64,000 nt of DNA from an uncultured Bacteroidota bacterium (lineage in GTDB: Bacteria > Bacteroidota > Bacteroidia > Flavobacteriales > Flavobacteriaceae). Every line of letters begins with the position of its first letter. The first letter of the stretch is position 1. A program made the translations under genes and the position numbers. Location: positions 13,834 through 77,833 of the forward strand of contig CABXRG010000001.1 of assembly GCA_902514615.1 (NCBI GenBank). Direction: 5' to 3'. The notes below the pieces were generated by a model. That model did no database searches. It was given only the letters and a program-made list of their open reading frames with translations, and had not been told where the DNA came from. Positions 32,850 to 41,898 of this stretch are shown one piece after another.

Positions 32850-34172
32850 ATGTTTAATAAAAAAACTGACCATCCTAGAGGTAGCAAAAAACTAATAGGT
32901 GCTTGGGCTCTTTATGACTGGGCTAACTCTGTGTATTCATTGGTCATTTCATCTGCTATTTTTCCAATTTATTATTCTCAATATATTTTTGCAGAAACAA
33001 ACAGCGTAATTCTTTTTAATTTAGAAATTAATAAAGACACCTTAATTAGTTCAGTTTCAGGTTTTTCTTTTTTATTAATTGCATTTCTTTCTCCACTTTT
33101 AAGTGGTATTGCTGATTATATCGGTAATAAAAAAATATTCATGAAATTTTTTGTTTACTTGGGGTCTCTATCATGTATATCATTGTACTGGTTTGAGCTA
33201 GAAACTATTGAAATAAGCCTCGTATTTTATGTGCTTGGGTTAATTGGATTTTGGGGAAGTCTAGTTTATTATAACTCATATTTAACTGATATAACATACC
33301 CTAAACAAACTAACAAAGTTAGTGCTAGAGGTTATGTTATGGGATATATTGGAAGTGTAATTCTTTTATTGATTAATTTAATCATGATTAATTTTTACGA
33401 GTCATTTGGGTTCTCTTCTGAGACATATGCTATGAAATCTTCTTTTGCGATTGTAGGTTTATGGTGGTTAGCTTTTAGTCAATATTCATTTTATCATTTA
33501 CCGAGAGGAAATAAAGGTATTAAAATTCCAAAAAATATTATCTGGAATGGATTTAAAGAACTTAAATCTGTTTATAAAATAATTAGATCAAGTAAAAGAT
33601 TTACTAGATTCTTATTAGCATTTTTTATATTTTCATTTTCCCTTCAAACTGTTTTATACATTGCTTCATATTTTGGGGTTAGTGAAATTGAATGGAGTAG
33701 TTCAAGTGAGCAAACATCAGGTTTAATTATTAGTATTCTACTAATACAAATTGTAGCTATCGGTGGTGCATATATTTTCACTAGATTAGCTCAAAAATAT
33801 GGTAATATTCTAGTCTTAACCTTTGCTATATTTTTATGGGGTGTCGTTTGTCTGTATGCATATTACATTAAATCTCCAATGCAATTTTATATGATTGCTG
33901 GTCTAGTTGGGCTTTTAATGGGAGGAACTCAGCCTATAGCTAGAGCTACATTCTCTTTATTTATTCCTGACACTAATGATACTACCTCATTTTTTAGTTT
34001 TTATGATGTAACAGAAAAAATAGGAATAGTATTTGGTATGCTTTTTTATGCTGTAGCAGCCCAAGTTACAGGTACTGTTAGATTCTCAGTAATTATATTC
34101 ATGTTCTTTTTCTTTTTAGGAGCTATACTTCTTACCAGAGTTCCACGAATAGATAAAAATAAGTTGGCATAG
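32850..34172 (+). CDS. MFS transporter (UMF1/Atg22-like family)
   Basis: 440 aa with about 12 hydrophobic segments. N-terminal AWALYDWANSVYSLVISSAIFPIYY is typical of the UMF1 family. Confidence 0.75.
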   Translation: MFNKKTDHPRGSKKLIGAWALYDWANSVYSLVISSAIFPIYYSQYIFAETNSVILFNLEINKDTLISSVSGFSFLLIAFLSPLLSGIADYIGNKKIFMKFFVYLGSLSCISLYWFELETIEISLVFYVLGLIGFWGSLVYYNSYLTDITYPKQTNKVSARGYVMGYIGSVILLLINLIMINFYESFGFSSETYAMKSSFAIVGLWWLAFSQYSFYHLPRGNKGIKIPKNIIWNGFKELKSVYKIIRSSKRFTRFLLAFFIFSFSLQTVLYIASYFGVSEIEWSSSSEQTSGLIISILLIQIVAIGGAYIFTRLAQKYGNILVLTFAIFLWGVVCLYAYYIKSPMQFYMIAGLVGLLMGGTQPIARATFSLFIPDTNDTTSFFSFYDVTEKIGIVFGMLFYAVAAQVTGTVRFSVIIFMFFFFLGAILLTRVPRIDKNKLA

Positions 34173-34263
34173 CTTTTGTCCTTATATAAATATAATAGTT
34201 GTATTTATTCAATTGATATTTAATTGTATCATGTTTATGACAATATGACTGTAAAAATATTTT

Positions 34264-36714
34264 ATGAGTATCATTTTTAATAATATGGACAAAATGTCAT
34301 TTGATGACTTAGGTGAAGAATCAGAATTTATTCCTTTAATGACATCAGAAGATGAGAAAGCCCTCGAAAAAGAGAGTCTTCCTGAGGTTTTATCAATTTT
34401 ACCATTAACTAATAATGTTTTATTTCCAGGTGTAGTTATTCCTATAAACGCTGGGAGAGATAAGTCAATAAAACTTATTAATGATGCAAATAAATCAACT
34501 AAGTTAATTGGTGTAGTTAGTCAAAAAGACATTAAAATTGAAAACCCAGGTATAGAGAACATATATGGAGTAGGAACGGTAGCTAAAATATTAAGGGTTT
34601 TAAAAATGCCTGATGGAAACACTACTGTTATAATTCAGGGTAAAAAAAGATTTAAAATTAAATCGGTTGTTAAAACAGACCCATATATACAAGCTACTGT
34701 AGATCCTGTTTCTGACAAGACTCAAATAAAATCTGACAGTAAATTTTCTGCTACTATTGATGCTATTAAGGATATAGCTTTAAAAATAATTAAAGAAAAC
34801 CCAAATATTCCTTCTGAGGCTTCTTTTGCTATTAAAAACATTCATAGTTCTGCTTTTTTGATAAATTTTGTCTGCTCTAATATGAATATTAGTATTAAAG
34901 ATAAACAAGAGCTGCTTTCAAGTGTTAGTATAGAAAAAAGAGCTCTTAAATGTTTAAAATTTTTAAATTTAGAATATGAGAAACTTGCACTTAAAAACGA
35001 CATTCAATCTAAAGTTAGAAATGACTTAGATCAACAACAACGAGAATATTATCTCCAGCAACAAATGAAGACTATACAGGAAGAGTTGGGTGATAATTCA
35101 TATCAAGAAGATGTACAAGAACTAGTAAGTAAATCAAAAAATAAAGAGTGGAACAGCGAAACTAAATTACATTTTGAAAAAGAATTATCTAAGCTGAAAA
35201 GAATGAATTCTCAAGTGGCTGAATACTCTGTTCAAAGAAACTATCTTGATTTATTGGTAGATCTACCTTGGGATAAGTTTTCTGAAGATAATTTTGATTT
35301 AAATAAAGCACAAAAAATTTTAGATAGAGATCATTTTGGACTTGAGGATGTCAAAAAGAGAATTATTGAGTATTTAGCTGTTCTTAAGCTTAGAAGTGAT
35401 ATGAAATCACCTATTTTATGCTTATATGGTCCTCCTGGAGTTGGAAAAACTTCGCTTGGTAAATCTATTGCAAAATCAATTAACCGAGAATATGTCAGAG
35501 TATCGCTTGGAGGATTAAGAGATGAAGCGGAGATTAGAGGACATAGGAAAACCTACATAGGTGCAATGCCAGGTAGAATTATTCAAAGTATCAGAAAATC
35601 TGGAACTTCTAACCCTGTTTTTGTATTAGATGAGATTGATAAAATTTCAAGTGGATCTCAAGGAGATCCCAGTTCCGCATTATTGGAGTTGTTAGATCCA
35701 GAACAAAATAATTCCTTTCATGATAATTTTTTGGAAATCGGATATGATCTCTCAAAAGTTATGTTTGTTGCAACTGCTAATAACTTATCCTCTATGCACC
35801 CAGCACTATTAGATAGAATGGAGTTAATTAATGTTTCAGGCTATACATCAGAGGAAAAAGTTTCAATTGCTTCAAAATTTTTAATTAAGAAGCAATTAAC
35901 AGAACATGGAATGAAGAATAATGATTTCAAAATTAATAATCAAATATTAAAAGATATTATTAGTGGTTACACCAGAGAGTCAGGTGTAAGAAACTTAGAG
36001 AAACAAATTGCAAAATTAATAAGAAATAGAGCTAAAAATATCGTCTCTAAAGCTAAGCTTAATGATTCTAAAGATGTTAATTTTTTAAAAAACGTCCTTG
36101 GTCCTAAAAAATTTTTCAGAGATAAATATGAAAATAATTCTGTAGCTGGTGTTGTAACTGGATTAGCCTGGACGTCTGTTGGAGGTGAAATTTTATTTAT
36201 TGAATCATCTATTTCTGAGGGTAAAGGGGATTTGTCAATTACTGGAAATCTTGGAAAAATAATGAAAGAATCAGCCATTATTGCTCTTGAATATATAAAA
36301 TCAAACTACAAACTTTTAGGAATAAATGATGAGCTAGATTATTCTAAATATAATATACATATTCATGTTCCTGAAGGTGCTACTCCAAAAGATGGACCTA
36401 GTGCTGGTATAACTATTTTGACCTCACTGGTTTCATTGTTCACTCAAAAAAGAGTTAAAAAGAATTTAGCAATGACTGGTGAAATTACTTTAAGGGGAAA
36501 AGTATTACCCGTAGGAGGTATCAAAGAGAAGATTCTAGCTGCAAAAAGAGCTAATATTAAAGAAATTATTTTAAGTTCATATAATGAAAAAGATATCGAA
36601 GAAATAAATCAGAAATATCTTAAAGGATTAAAGTTTATTTATGTTGACTCTATGACAGATGTTATTAATAATGCTTTAACAAACAGAAAAGTTTTAAACC
36701 CTAAAGTAATTTAG
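34264..36714 (+). CDS. lon: ATP-dependent Lon protease (endopeptidase La)
   Basis: 816 aa. LON N-domain, Walker A GPPGVGKTS, and protease domain with catalytic Ser in PKDGPSAGIT and Lys in GGIKEK. In-frame ATGs at codons 8 and 11 are alternative starts. Confidence 0.96.
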   Translation: MSIIFNNMDKMSFDDLGEESEFIPLMTSEDEKALEKESLPEVLSILPLTNNVLFPGVVIPINAGRDKSIKLINDANKSTKLIGVVSQKDIKIENPGIENIYGVGTVAKILRVLKMPDGNTTVIIQGKKRFKIKSVVKTDPYIQATVDPVSDKTQIKSDSKFSATIDAIKDIALKIIKENPNIPSEASFAIKNIHSSAFLINFVCSNMNISIKDKQELLSSVSIEKRALKCLKFLNLEYEKLALKNDIQSKVRNDLDQQQREYYLQQQMKTIQEELGDNSYQEDVQELVSKSKNKEWNSETKLHFEKELSKLKRMNSQVAEYSVQRNYLDLLVDLPWDKFSEDNFDLNKAQKILDRDHFGLEDVKKRIIEYLAVLKLRSDMKSPILCLYGPPGVGKTSLGKSIAKSINREYVRVSLGGLRDEAEIRGHRKTYIGAMPGRIIQSIRKSGTSNPVFVLDEIDKISSGSQGDPSSALLELLDPEQNNSFHDNFLEIGYDLSKVMFVATANNLSSMHPALLDRMELINVSGYTSEEKVSIASKFLIKKQLTEHGMKNNDFKINNQILKDIISGYTRESGVRNLEKQIAKLIRNRAKNIVSKAKLNDSKDVNFLKNVLGPKKFFRDKYENNSVAGVVTGLAWTSVGGEILFIESSISEGKGDLSITGNLGKIMKESAIIALEYIKSNYKLLGINDELDYSKYNIHIHVPEGATPKDGPSAGITILTSLVSLFTQKRVKKNLAMTGEITLRGKVLPVGGIKEKILAAKRANIKEIILSSYNEKDIEEINQKYLKGLKFIYVDSMTDVINNALTNRKVLNPKVI

Positions 36715-36715
36715 T

Positions 36716-37372
36716 TTGAATTCAGTGATTATTGCTATAGACGGAGAGGCATCAACAGGAAAGAGCACCCAGGCTAAAAAAATTGCTGAAAAATTTAATT
36801 ATAATTATCGTGATTCAGGAGCCTACTACAGAGCAATAACACTTTATCTTATACAAAATAACATTTCGTCTAACTCAAACATTAATCAAAATATTCTTGA
36901 TAAAATTGATGTAAAGCAAAAATATGAAAATAAAAAACTGTCTATTTACCTCAATGATGTTGATGTAAGTGGTAAAATTAGAGGTTACAAGGTTTCTACA
37001 AATGTTAGTAATTACGCAAAAAAACCTGAAATTAGAAATCTTGTTTACAAACAATTAAGAAATTCTGATAGATCTAATTCACTTGTTATTGATGGTAGAG
37101 ACATTGGAACTGTAGTTTTTCCAGATGCTACCTTTAAATTTTTTCTTTGTGCAGATTCAAAGGTAAGGGCGGAAAGACGTCATAAAGAAATTAATGATAA
37201 GGCAGTCAAATTAGAGTTAATAGAGAAAGAGATCAAATATAGAGATAACACAGATTCAACAAGAAAAGTTGCACCTCTTAAAAAAGCTGATGATGCATAT
37301 GAAATTGATGTCACTCTTCTTACTATAGACCAGGTTTTTAAAAAAATACTTGATAAAATTGATTCTAAGTAG
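36716..37372 (+). CDS. cmk: Cytidylate kinase
   Basis: 218 aa. P-loop IAIDGEASTGKST. No ATG is available, so the start is TTG (36716) or GTG (36725), 1 nt after the lon stop. Confidence 0.9.
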   Translation: MNSVIIAIDGEASTGKSTQAKKIAEKFNYNYRDSGAYYRAITLYLIQNNISSNSNINQNILDKIDVKQKYENKKLSIYLNDVDVSGKIRGYKVSTNVSNYAKKPEIRNLVYKQLRNSDRSNSLVIDGRDIGTVVFPDATFKFFLCADSKVRAERRHKEINDKAVKLELIEKEIKYRDNTDSTRKVAPLKKADDAYEIDVTLLTIDQVFKKILDKIDSK

Positions 37373-37414
37373 ATAAAAAACTGATCTTAACTTTGCCAAT
37401 AACTTAATTAATTA

Positions 37415-37422
37415 TATTTTTG
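37415..37422 (+). promoter_or_regulatory. Candidate -7 promoter box (TATTTTTG) immediately upstream of rpsA
   Basis: Exact TAnnTTTG ending 6 nt before the rpsA ATG (37429). If used, it implies a near-leaderless transcript. Confidence 0.25.
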
Positions 37423-37428
37423 CGCACT

Positions 37429-39207
37429 ATGAGTGAAGAAAATACTGCTAATACTAATATTGAGGATACAGAAAAAGCTGTTAAGCCAATTCCAAAAAAG
37501 GCTAAGAAAACAACTGATCCTCAAGATGATTTTTTAACAAATTTTAATTGGCATCAATATCAAGAAGGAATTGATGAACTTGACGATAAACAAATTAAAG
37601 AGTTTGAAAAACTCGTTGAAAAAAACTTTGTTGATACATCTGATGATAACATAATTGAGGGTGAAGTTTTAATTCTTACTGATAAGGATATCATAATTGA
37701 TATAAATGCAAAATCAGAAGGAGTAATTTCAAAAAATGAATTTAGGTATAATCCTGACCTCAAAGTAGGTGATAAAGTAGAAGTAATTGTCGATACAAGG
37801 GAAGATAAGTCTGGTCAATTAGTTCTTTCTCATAGAAAAGCAAGAGTTATTAAAGCTTGGGAGAGGGTAAATGAAGCACACGATAAAGGTGATATAGTTC
37901 AAGGTTTTGTTAAGTGTAGAACCAAAGGTGGAATGATCGTTGATGTTTTTGGCATTGAGGCATTTTTACCAGGCTCACAAATTGATGTTAAGCCTATCAG
38001 AGATTATGATCAATACACTAATAAGAATATGGATTTTAAAGTAGTTAAAATCAATCATGAATTTAAGAATGTAGTTGTTTCTCATAAAGCATTAATAGAA
38101 GCTGATATTGAAGAGCAGAAAAAAGGAATTATTAGTCAACTTGAAAAAGGTCAAGTTCTAGAGGGTACAGTGAAAAATATGACTTCATATGGTGTCTTTA
38201 TTGACTTAGGTGGTGTTGATGGTCTTATTCACATTACTGATCTATCATGGAGTAGAATTAATCATCCAAGTGAAATACTTGAGCTTGATCAAACCATTAA
38301 AGTAGTTATTCTAGATTTTGATGATGACAAATCCAAGATTCAGCTTGGATTAAAACAATTAACTCAACACCCATGGGATAAACTTGGTGATGATGTTAAA
38401 GAAGGTTCAAAAGTTTCAGGTAAAGTTGTAGTTATTGCTGATTATGGTGCTTTTATTGAAATTGACGAAGGAATTGAAGGTTTAGTTCATGTTTCAGAAA
38501 TGTCTTGGTCAACTCATCTTAGAAGCGCACAGGATTTTGTAAATGTAGGGGATACTATTGAAGCAATTGTATTAACTCTTGATAGAGAGTCTAGAAAAAT
38601 GTCATTAGGTATGAAACAATTGTCTGAGGATCCGTGGACAGATATAACGAAGAAATTCCCTATTGGCTCTAATCATACTGGATCTGTTAGAAACTTCACT
38701 AATTTCGGTGTCTTTATTGAACTTGAAGAAGGTATAGATGGATTAATATATATATCAGATCTTTCTTGGACTAAAAAAATAAAGCATCCTTCAGAGTTTC
38801 TATCACTTGAAGACAAAATAGAGGTGGTAATCCTGGATTTAGATGTTGAAGGAAGAAAACTTAGTTTAGGCCATAAACAAACTAAACCAAATCCTTGGGA
38901 TTTATACGAAAAGGATTTTGCTGTGGATACTGTTCATACATCTGAAATTTCAGAAGTTATTGATAAAGGAGCTATTATAAATTTTAATGATGATATTTCT
39001 GCATTTTGTCCAACCAGACATTTAGATAAAAAAGATGGCACTAAATTATCTAAAGGTGATTCTGCTGAGTTTGTAGTAATAGAATTTAGTAAAGAATTTA
39101 AAAGAGTAGTTGTATCTCATATGCAAACTCATAATGATTCTTCTTCTCAAGAAGTTGAAGAAGTTAAAGTCAAGGAAAAGAAATCCAAGAAAAAAGATGA
39201 AGAATAA
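37429..39207 (+). CDS. rpsA: 30S ribosomal protein S1
   Basis: About 592 aa from the ATG at 37429 (the track ORF starts at the TTG at 37420). Six tandem S1 OB-fold repeats (for example GQVLEGTVKNMTSYGVFIDLGGVDGLIHITDLSW) and a lysine-rich tail. Confidence 0.95.
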   Translation: MSEENTANTNIEDTEKAVKPIPKKAKKTTDPQDDFLTNFNWHQYQEGIDELDDKQIKEFEKLVEKNFVDTSDDNIIEGEVLILTDKDIIIDINAKSEGVISKNEFRYNPDLKVGDKVEVIVDTREDKSGQLVLSHRKARVIKAWERVNEAHDKGDIVQGFVKCRTKGGMIVDVFGIEAFLPGSQIDVKPIRDYDQYTNKNMDFKVVKINHEFKNVVVSHKALIEADIEEQKKGIISQLEKGQVLEGTVKNMTSYGVFIDLGGVDGLIHITDLSWSRINHPSEILELDQTIKVVILDFDDDKSKIQLGLKQLTQHPWDKLGDDVKEGSKVSGKVVVIADYGAFIEIDEGIEGLVHVSEMSWSTHLRSAQDFVNVGDTIEAIVLTLDRESRKMSLGMKQLSEDPWTDITKKFPIGSNHTGSVRNFTNFGVFIELEEGIDGLIYISDLSWTKKIKHPSEFLSLEDKIEVVILDLDVEGRKLSLGHKQTKPNPWDLYEKDFAVDTVHTSEISEVIDKGAIINFNDDISAFCPTRHLDKKDGTKLSKGDSAEFVVIEFSKEFKRVVVSHMQTHNDSSSQEVEEVKVKEKKSKKKDEE

Positions 39208-39213
39208 AAATTT

Positions 39214-39242
39214 AAATCCTCAATTTTTGAGGATTTTTTTTT
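39214..39242 (+). terminator. Rho-independent terminator after rpsA
   Basis: Perfect 10-bp stem AAATCCTCAA / TTGAGGATTT (39214-39223 and 39227-39236), a 3-nt loop and a T-run through 39242, starting 7 nt after the rpsA stop. Confidence 0.7.
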
Positions 39243-39268
39243 GTACTATACTTAAAATATAAAATTTA

Positions 39269-39276
39269 TATTTTTG
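39269..39276 (+). promoter_or_regulatory. Candidate -7 promoter box (TATTTTTG) for pyrR
   Basis: Exact TAnnTTTG, 16 nt upstream of the pyrR ATG (39293) and just downstream of the rpsA terminator. Confidence 0.35.
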
Positions 39277-39292
39277 TATATAACTGAATATT

Positions 39293-39829
39293 ATGCCAAA
39301 TAAAATACTCTTAGATTCAAAAAAAATTGAAATAATACTGAGTAGGCTTGTTTATCAGTTAATAGAAAATCATAAGGATTTTCACAATACGGTTTTGTTA
39401 GGTCTTCAGCCCAGAGGTATTTTTTTAATAGAGAAAATTTTAGAAATTTTTAAAAGAGATCATCCTAGCCTTAAAATTAAAAGTGGTATCCTTGATTATA
39501 CCTTCTTTAGAGATGATTTTAGAAGGTCGGAAAAAACACTTTCTGCAAGTTCAACTCAAATTGATTTTTCTATTGAAAATAAAAATGTTGTCTTGATTGA
39601 TGATGTTTTATTTACTGGTAGAAGTATAAAAGCTGCTATGTCATCTATTGACTCTTATGGCAGGCCAAAATCAATTGAACTTCTTGTTTTAATAGACAGA
39701 AGGTTTAAAAGAGAAATTCCAATAGAAGCTAACTATTGCGGTGCTAAAATTGATACTTTTAAGGGTGATAGAGTAAAGGTTCTCTGGGGTGATAAAATAA
39801 AAGATAATATTATATACATAGAGAATTAA
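39293..39829 (+). CDS. pyrR: Bifunctional pyr operon regulator / uracil phosphoribosyltransferase PyrR
   Basis: 178 aa. PRPP-binding loop VVLIDDVLFTGRS and N-terminal ILRLVYQLIE-like helix. Directly precedes pyrB. Confidence 0.9.
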   Translation: MPNKILLDSKKIEIILSRLVYQLIENHKDFHNTVLLGLQPRGIFLIEKILEIFKRDHPSLKIKSGILDYTFFRDDFRRSEKTLSASSTQIDFSIENKNVVLIDDVLFTGRSIKAAMSSIDSYGRPKSIELLVLIDRRFKREIPIEANYCGAKIDTFKGDRVKVLWGDKIKDNIIYIEN

Positions 39830-40771
39830 ATGAATAAGTTAAGTGTTGATAATCTTTTGGGTATAAAGTCTTTGAATGAAAGTGATGTAAATTTAATTTT
39901 TAAAACTGCATCTCATTTTAAGGAAGTAATAAATAGACCAATAAAAAAGGTTCCAACTTTACGTGATATTACAATTGCAAATTTATTTTTTGAGAATAGT
40001 ACAAGGACAAAAATATCCTTTGAATTAGCTGAAAAAAGATTAGGTGCAGATATCATAAATTTTTCAAGTTCTTCTTCTTCAGTGAAAAAAGGAGAATCAT
40101 TAATTGATACCGTAAATAATATACTTGCAATGAAAGTTGATATGATAGTTTTGAGGCACCCTAATCCAGGATCTTCATTTTTATTATCTCAACATACAGA
40201 TTCATGCATTATAAACGCAGGGGATGGTGCTCATGAACATCCTACACAAGCTTTATTAGATTCATTTTCATTATACGAGAACTTAAAAGACATAAAGGGT
40301 AAAAACATATTAATAGTAGGTGATATTCTCCACTCCAGAGTAGCGTTATCAAATATTTATACGCTTAAGCTGTTAGGAGCAAATGTGAAATTATCCTGTC
40401 CTTTAAGCTTACTACCGAAAGATATTGAAAAACTTAATGTTTCAGTTGAGACTGATATTGTAAAAGCTCTAAAATGGTGTGACGCAGTTAATGTTTTAAG
40501 AGTTCAACGAGAAAGAATGCAAAAGTCTTACTTTCCTGATAACAGAGAATATTCTATGCTTTTTGGTTTAGATATTAATAAGCTGAATAAAATTAAAAAA
40601 GACATATTAATTCTCCATCCTGGACCAATTAATAGAGGAGTTGAAATCACTTCTGATATTGTAGATTCAAATAATTCAATTATTTTAGACCAGGTAGAAA
40701 ATGGAGTAGCAATTAGAATGGCTATAATTTATTTACTTGCATCAAAAATGAACTTTTCAATTAGCGAATAA
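39830..40771 (+). CDS. pyrB: Aspartate carbamoyltransferase catalytic subunit
   Basis: 313 aa. Carbamoyl-phosphate site FFENSTRTK, HEHPTQALLD and the HPGPINRG block. Confidence 0.95.
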   Translation: MNKLSVDNLLGIKSLNESDVNLIFKTASHFKEVINRPIKKVPTLRDITIANLFFENSTRTKISFELAEKRLGADIINFSSSSSSVKKGESLIDTVNNILAMKVDMIVLRHPNPGSSFLLSQHTDSCIINAGDGAHEHPTQALLDSFSLYENLKDIKGKNILIVGDILHSRVALSNIYTLKLLGANVKLSCPLSLLPKDIEKLNVSVETDIVKALKWCDAVNVLRVQRERMQKSYFPDNREYSMLFGLDINKLNKIKKDILILHPGPINRGVEITSDIVDSNNSIILDQVENGVAIRMAIIYLLASKMNFSISE

Positions 40772-41409
40772 TGAAATTATTTAATCACAGACAATCTTAT
40801 GATAAAAACTCTTTGAGTATTAGTGATATAGGAGATAATCCTATGGAATTCTTTAAAAAATGGTTTAATGAAGCTGAAAAATCCGATCAGATAATTGAAT
40901 CAAATGCTATGACTATTTCTACTGTTGACATTGACAATAGTCCATCATCAAGAGTTGTTCTATTAAAGGAAATTAAAGACAATAGTTTAATTTTTTTTAC
41001 AAATTATAAAAGTAAAAAAGGAAAGTCAATAAATGATAATCCAAATATTTGTGCTTCATTTTATTGGGCTCCTTTGGAAAGACAAGTAATTTTAAAAGGA
41101 ATTGCAAAAAAAACGACGGAAAATTATTCAGACATATATTTCAATTCAAGACCATTCAATAGTCAGGCTGGTGCTATAGTGTCAAATCAAAGTCAGATAA
41201 TTTCAAGTTATGATGAATTGATTAAACGTTATGATAAATTCTTAGAAGACTACAGTGGCACATCTTTAAAAAGGCCTTCTCATTGGGGTGGAATTGAATT
41301 ATTTGTTCAGGAGATAGAGTTTTGGCAAGGCAGGGAAAGTAGACTTCACAATAGAGTAATTTGTAATTATATAGATGATAAATGGGAGCTAAATCTTTTA
41401 TCACCATAA
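40771..41409 (+). CDS. pdxH: Pyridoxamine 5'-phosphate oxidase
   Basis: 212 aa. RVVLLKEI block and C-terminal IEFWQGRESRLHNR, typical of PdxH. TAATG overlap with pyrB. Confidence 0.9.
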   Translation: MKLFNHRQSYDKNSLSISDIGDNPMEFFKKWFNEAEKSDQIIESNAMTISTVDIDNSPSSRVVLLKEIKDNSLIFFTNYKSKKGKSINDNPNICASFYWAPLERQVILKGIAKKTTENYSDIYFNSRPFNSQAGAIVSNQSQIISSYDELIKRYDKFLEDYSGTSLKRPSHWGGIELFVQEIEFWQGRESRLHNRVICNYIDDKWELNLLSP

Positions 41410-41898
41410 ATGAAAACTATCACTTTTTTGAGGCATTCTAAATCCTCCTGGGATTTAAATGTATCTGATATTGATAGACCATTAAATGAGTTTGGTATTG
41501 AAAAAATTAAAAAAGTTGCTGTCTCCTGTAAAGAACATTTTTTAAATTCTGAAATAATATATACAAGTTCGGCTAATAGAGCTACACACACCTGTTCTAT
41601 TTTAACTCGATATTTAGATGTAAAATTTGATAGAATAAGAATTTGTAGAGATCTATATACCTTTGATTTTAATGAGGTGTTTAAGTTTGTTAATAAAATA
41701 GATAACAGATACTCAAATGTAGTTTTAGTTGGACACAATCCAGCATTTACTGATATTTCAAATTATTTTTCTGAAAATAAAATTTTAAATTTACCTACTG
41801 CAAGATGGTTTTCTCTAAAATTTGATTCTACCAGTTGGTCGGATATTTTAGATTTAAAACCAATTTTTTATGCAAATAATTTAAAAAGTGAATCTTAA
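41410..41898 (+). CDS. Histidine phosphatase superfamily protein (SixA-like)
   Basis: 162 aa. N-terminal catalytic RH motif (FLRHSKSSW) and a second His in VLVGHNPAF. Its ATG directly follows the pdxH stop. Confidence 0.7.
   Translation: MKTITFLRHSKSSWDLNVSDIDRPLNEFGIEKIKKVAVSCKEHFLNSEIIYTSSANRATHTCSILTRYLDVKFDRIRICRDLYTFDFNEVFKFVNKIDNRYSNVVLVGHNPAFTDISNYFSENKILNLPTARWFSLKFDSTSWSDILDLKPIFYANNLKSES

Noticed and set aside
39243-39292. A PyrR-binding attenuator (anti-antiterminator hairpin) upstream of pyrR-pyrB.
   Set aside because: Only about 50 nt separate the rpsA terminator from the pyrR ATG. That stretch is almost pure A/T, with no GC-containing hairpin or UCCAGAGAGG-like loop. There is no evidence of a Bacillus-type attenuator.
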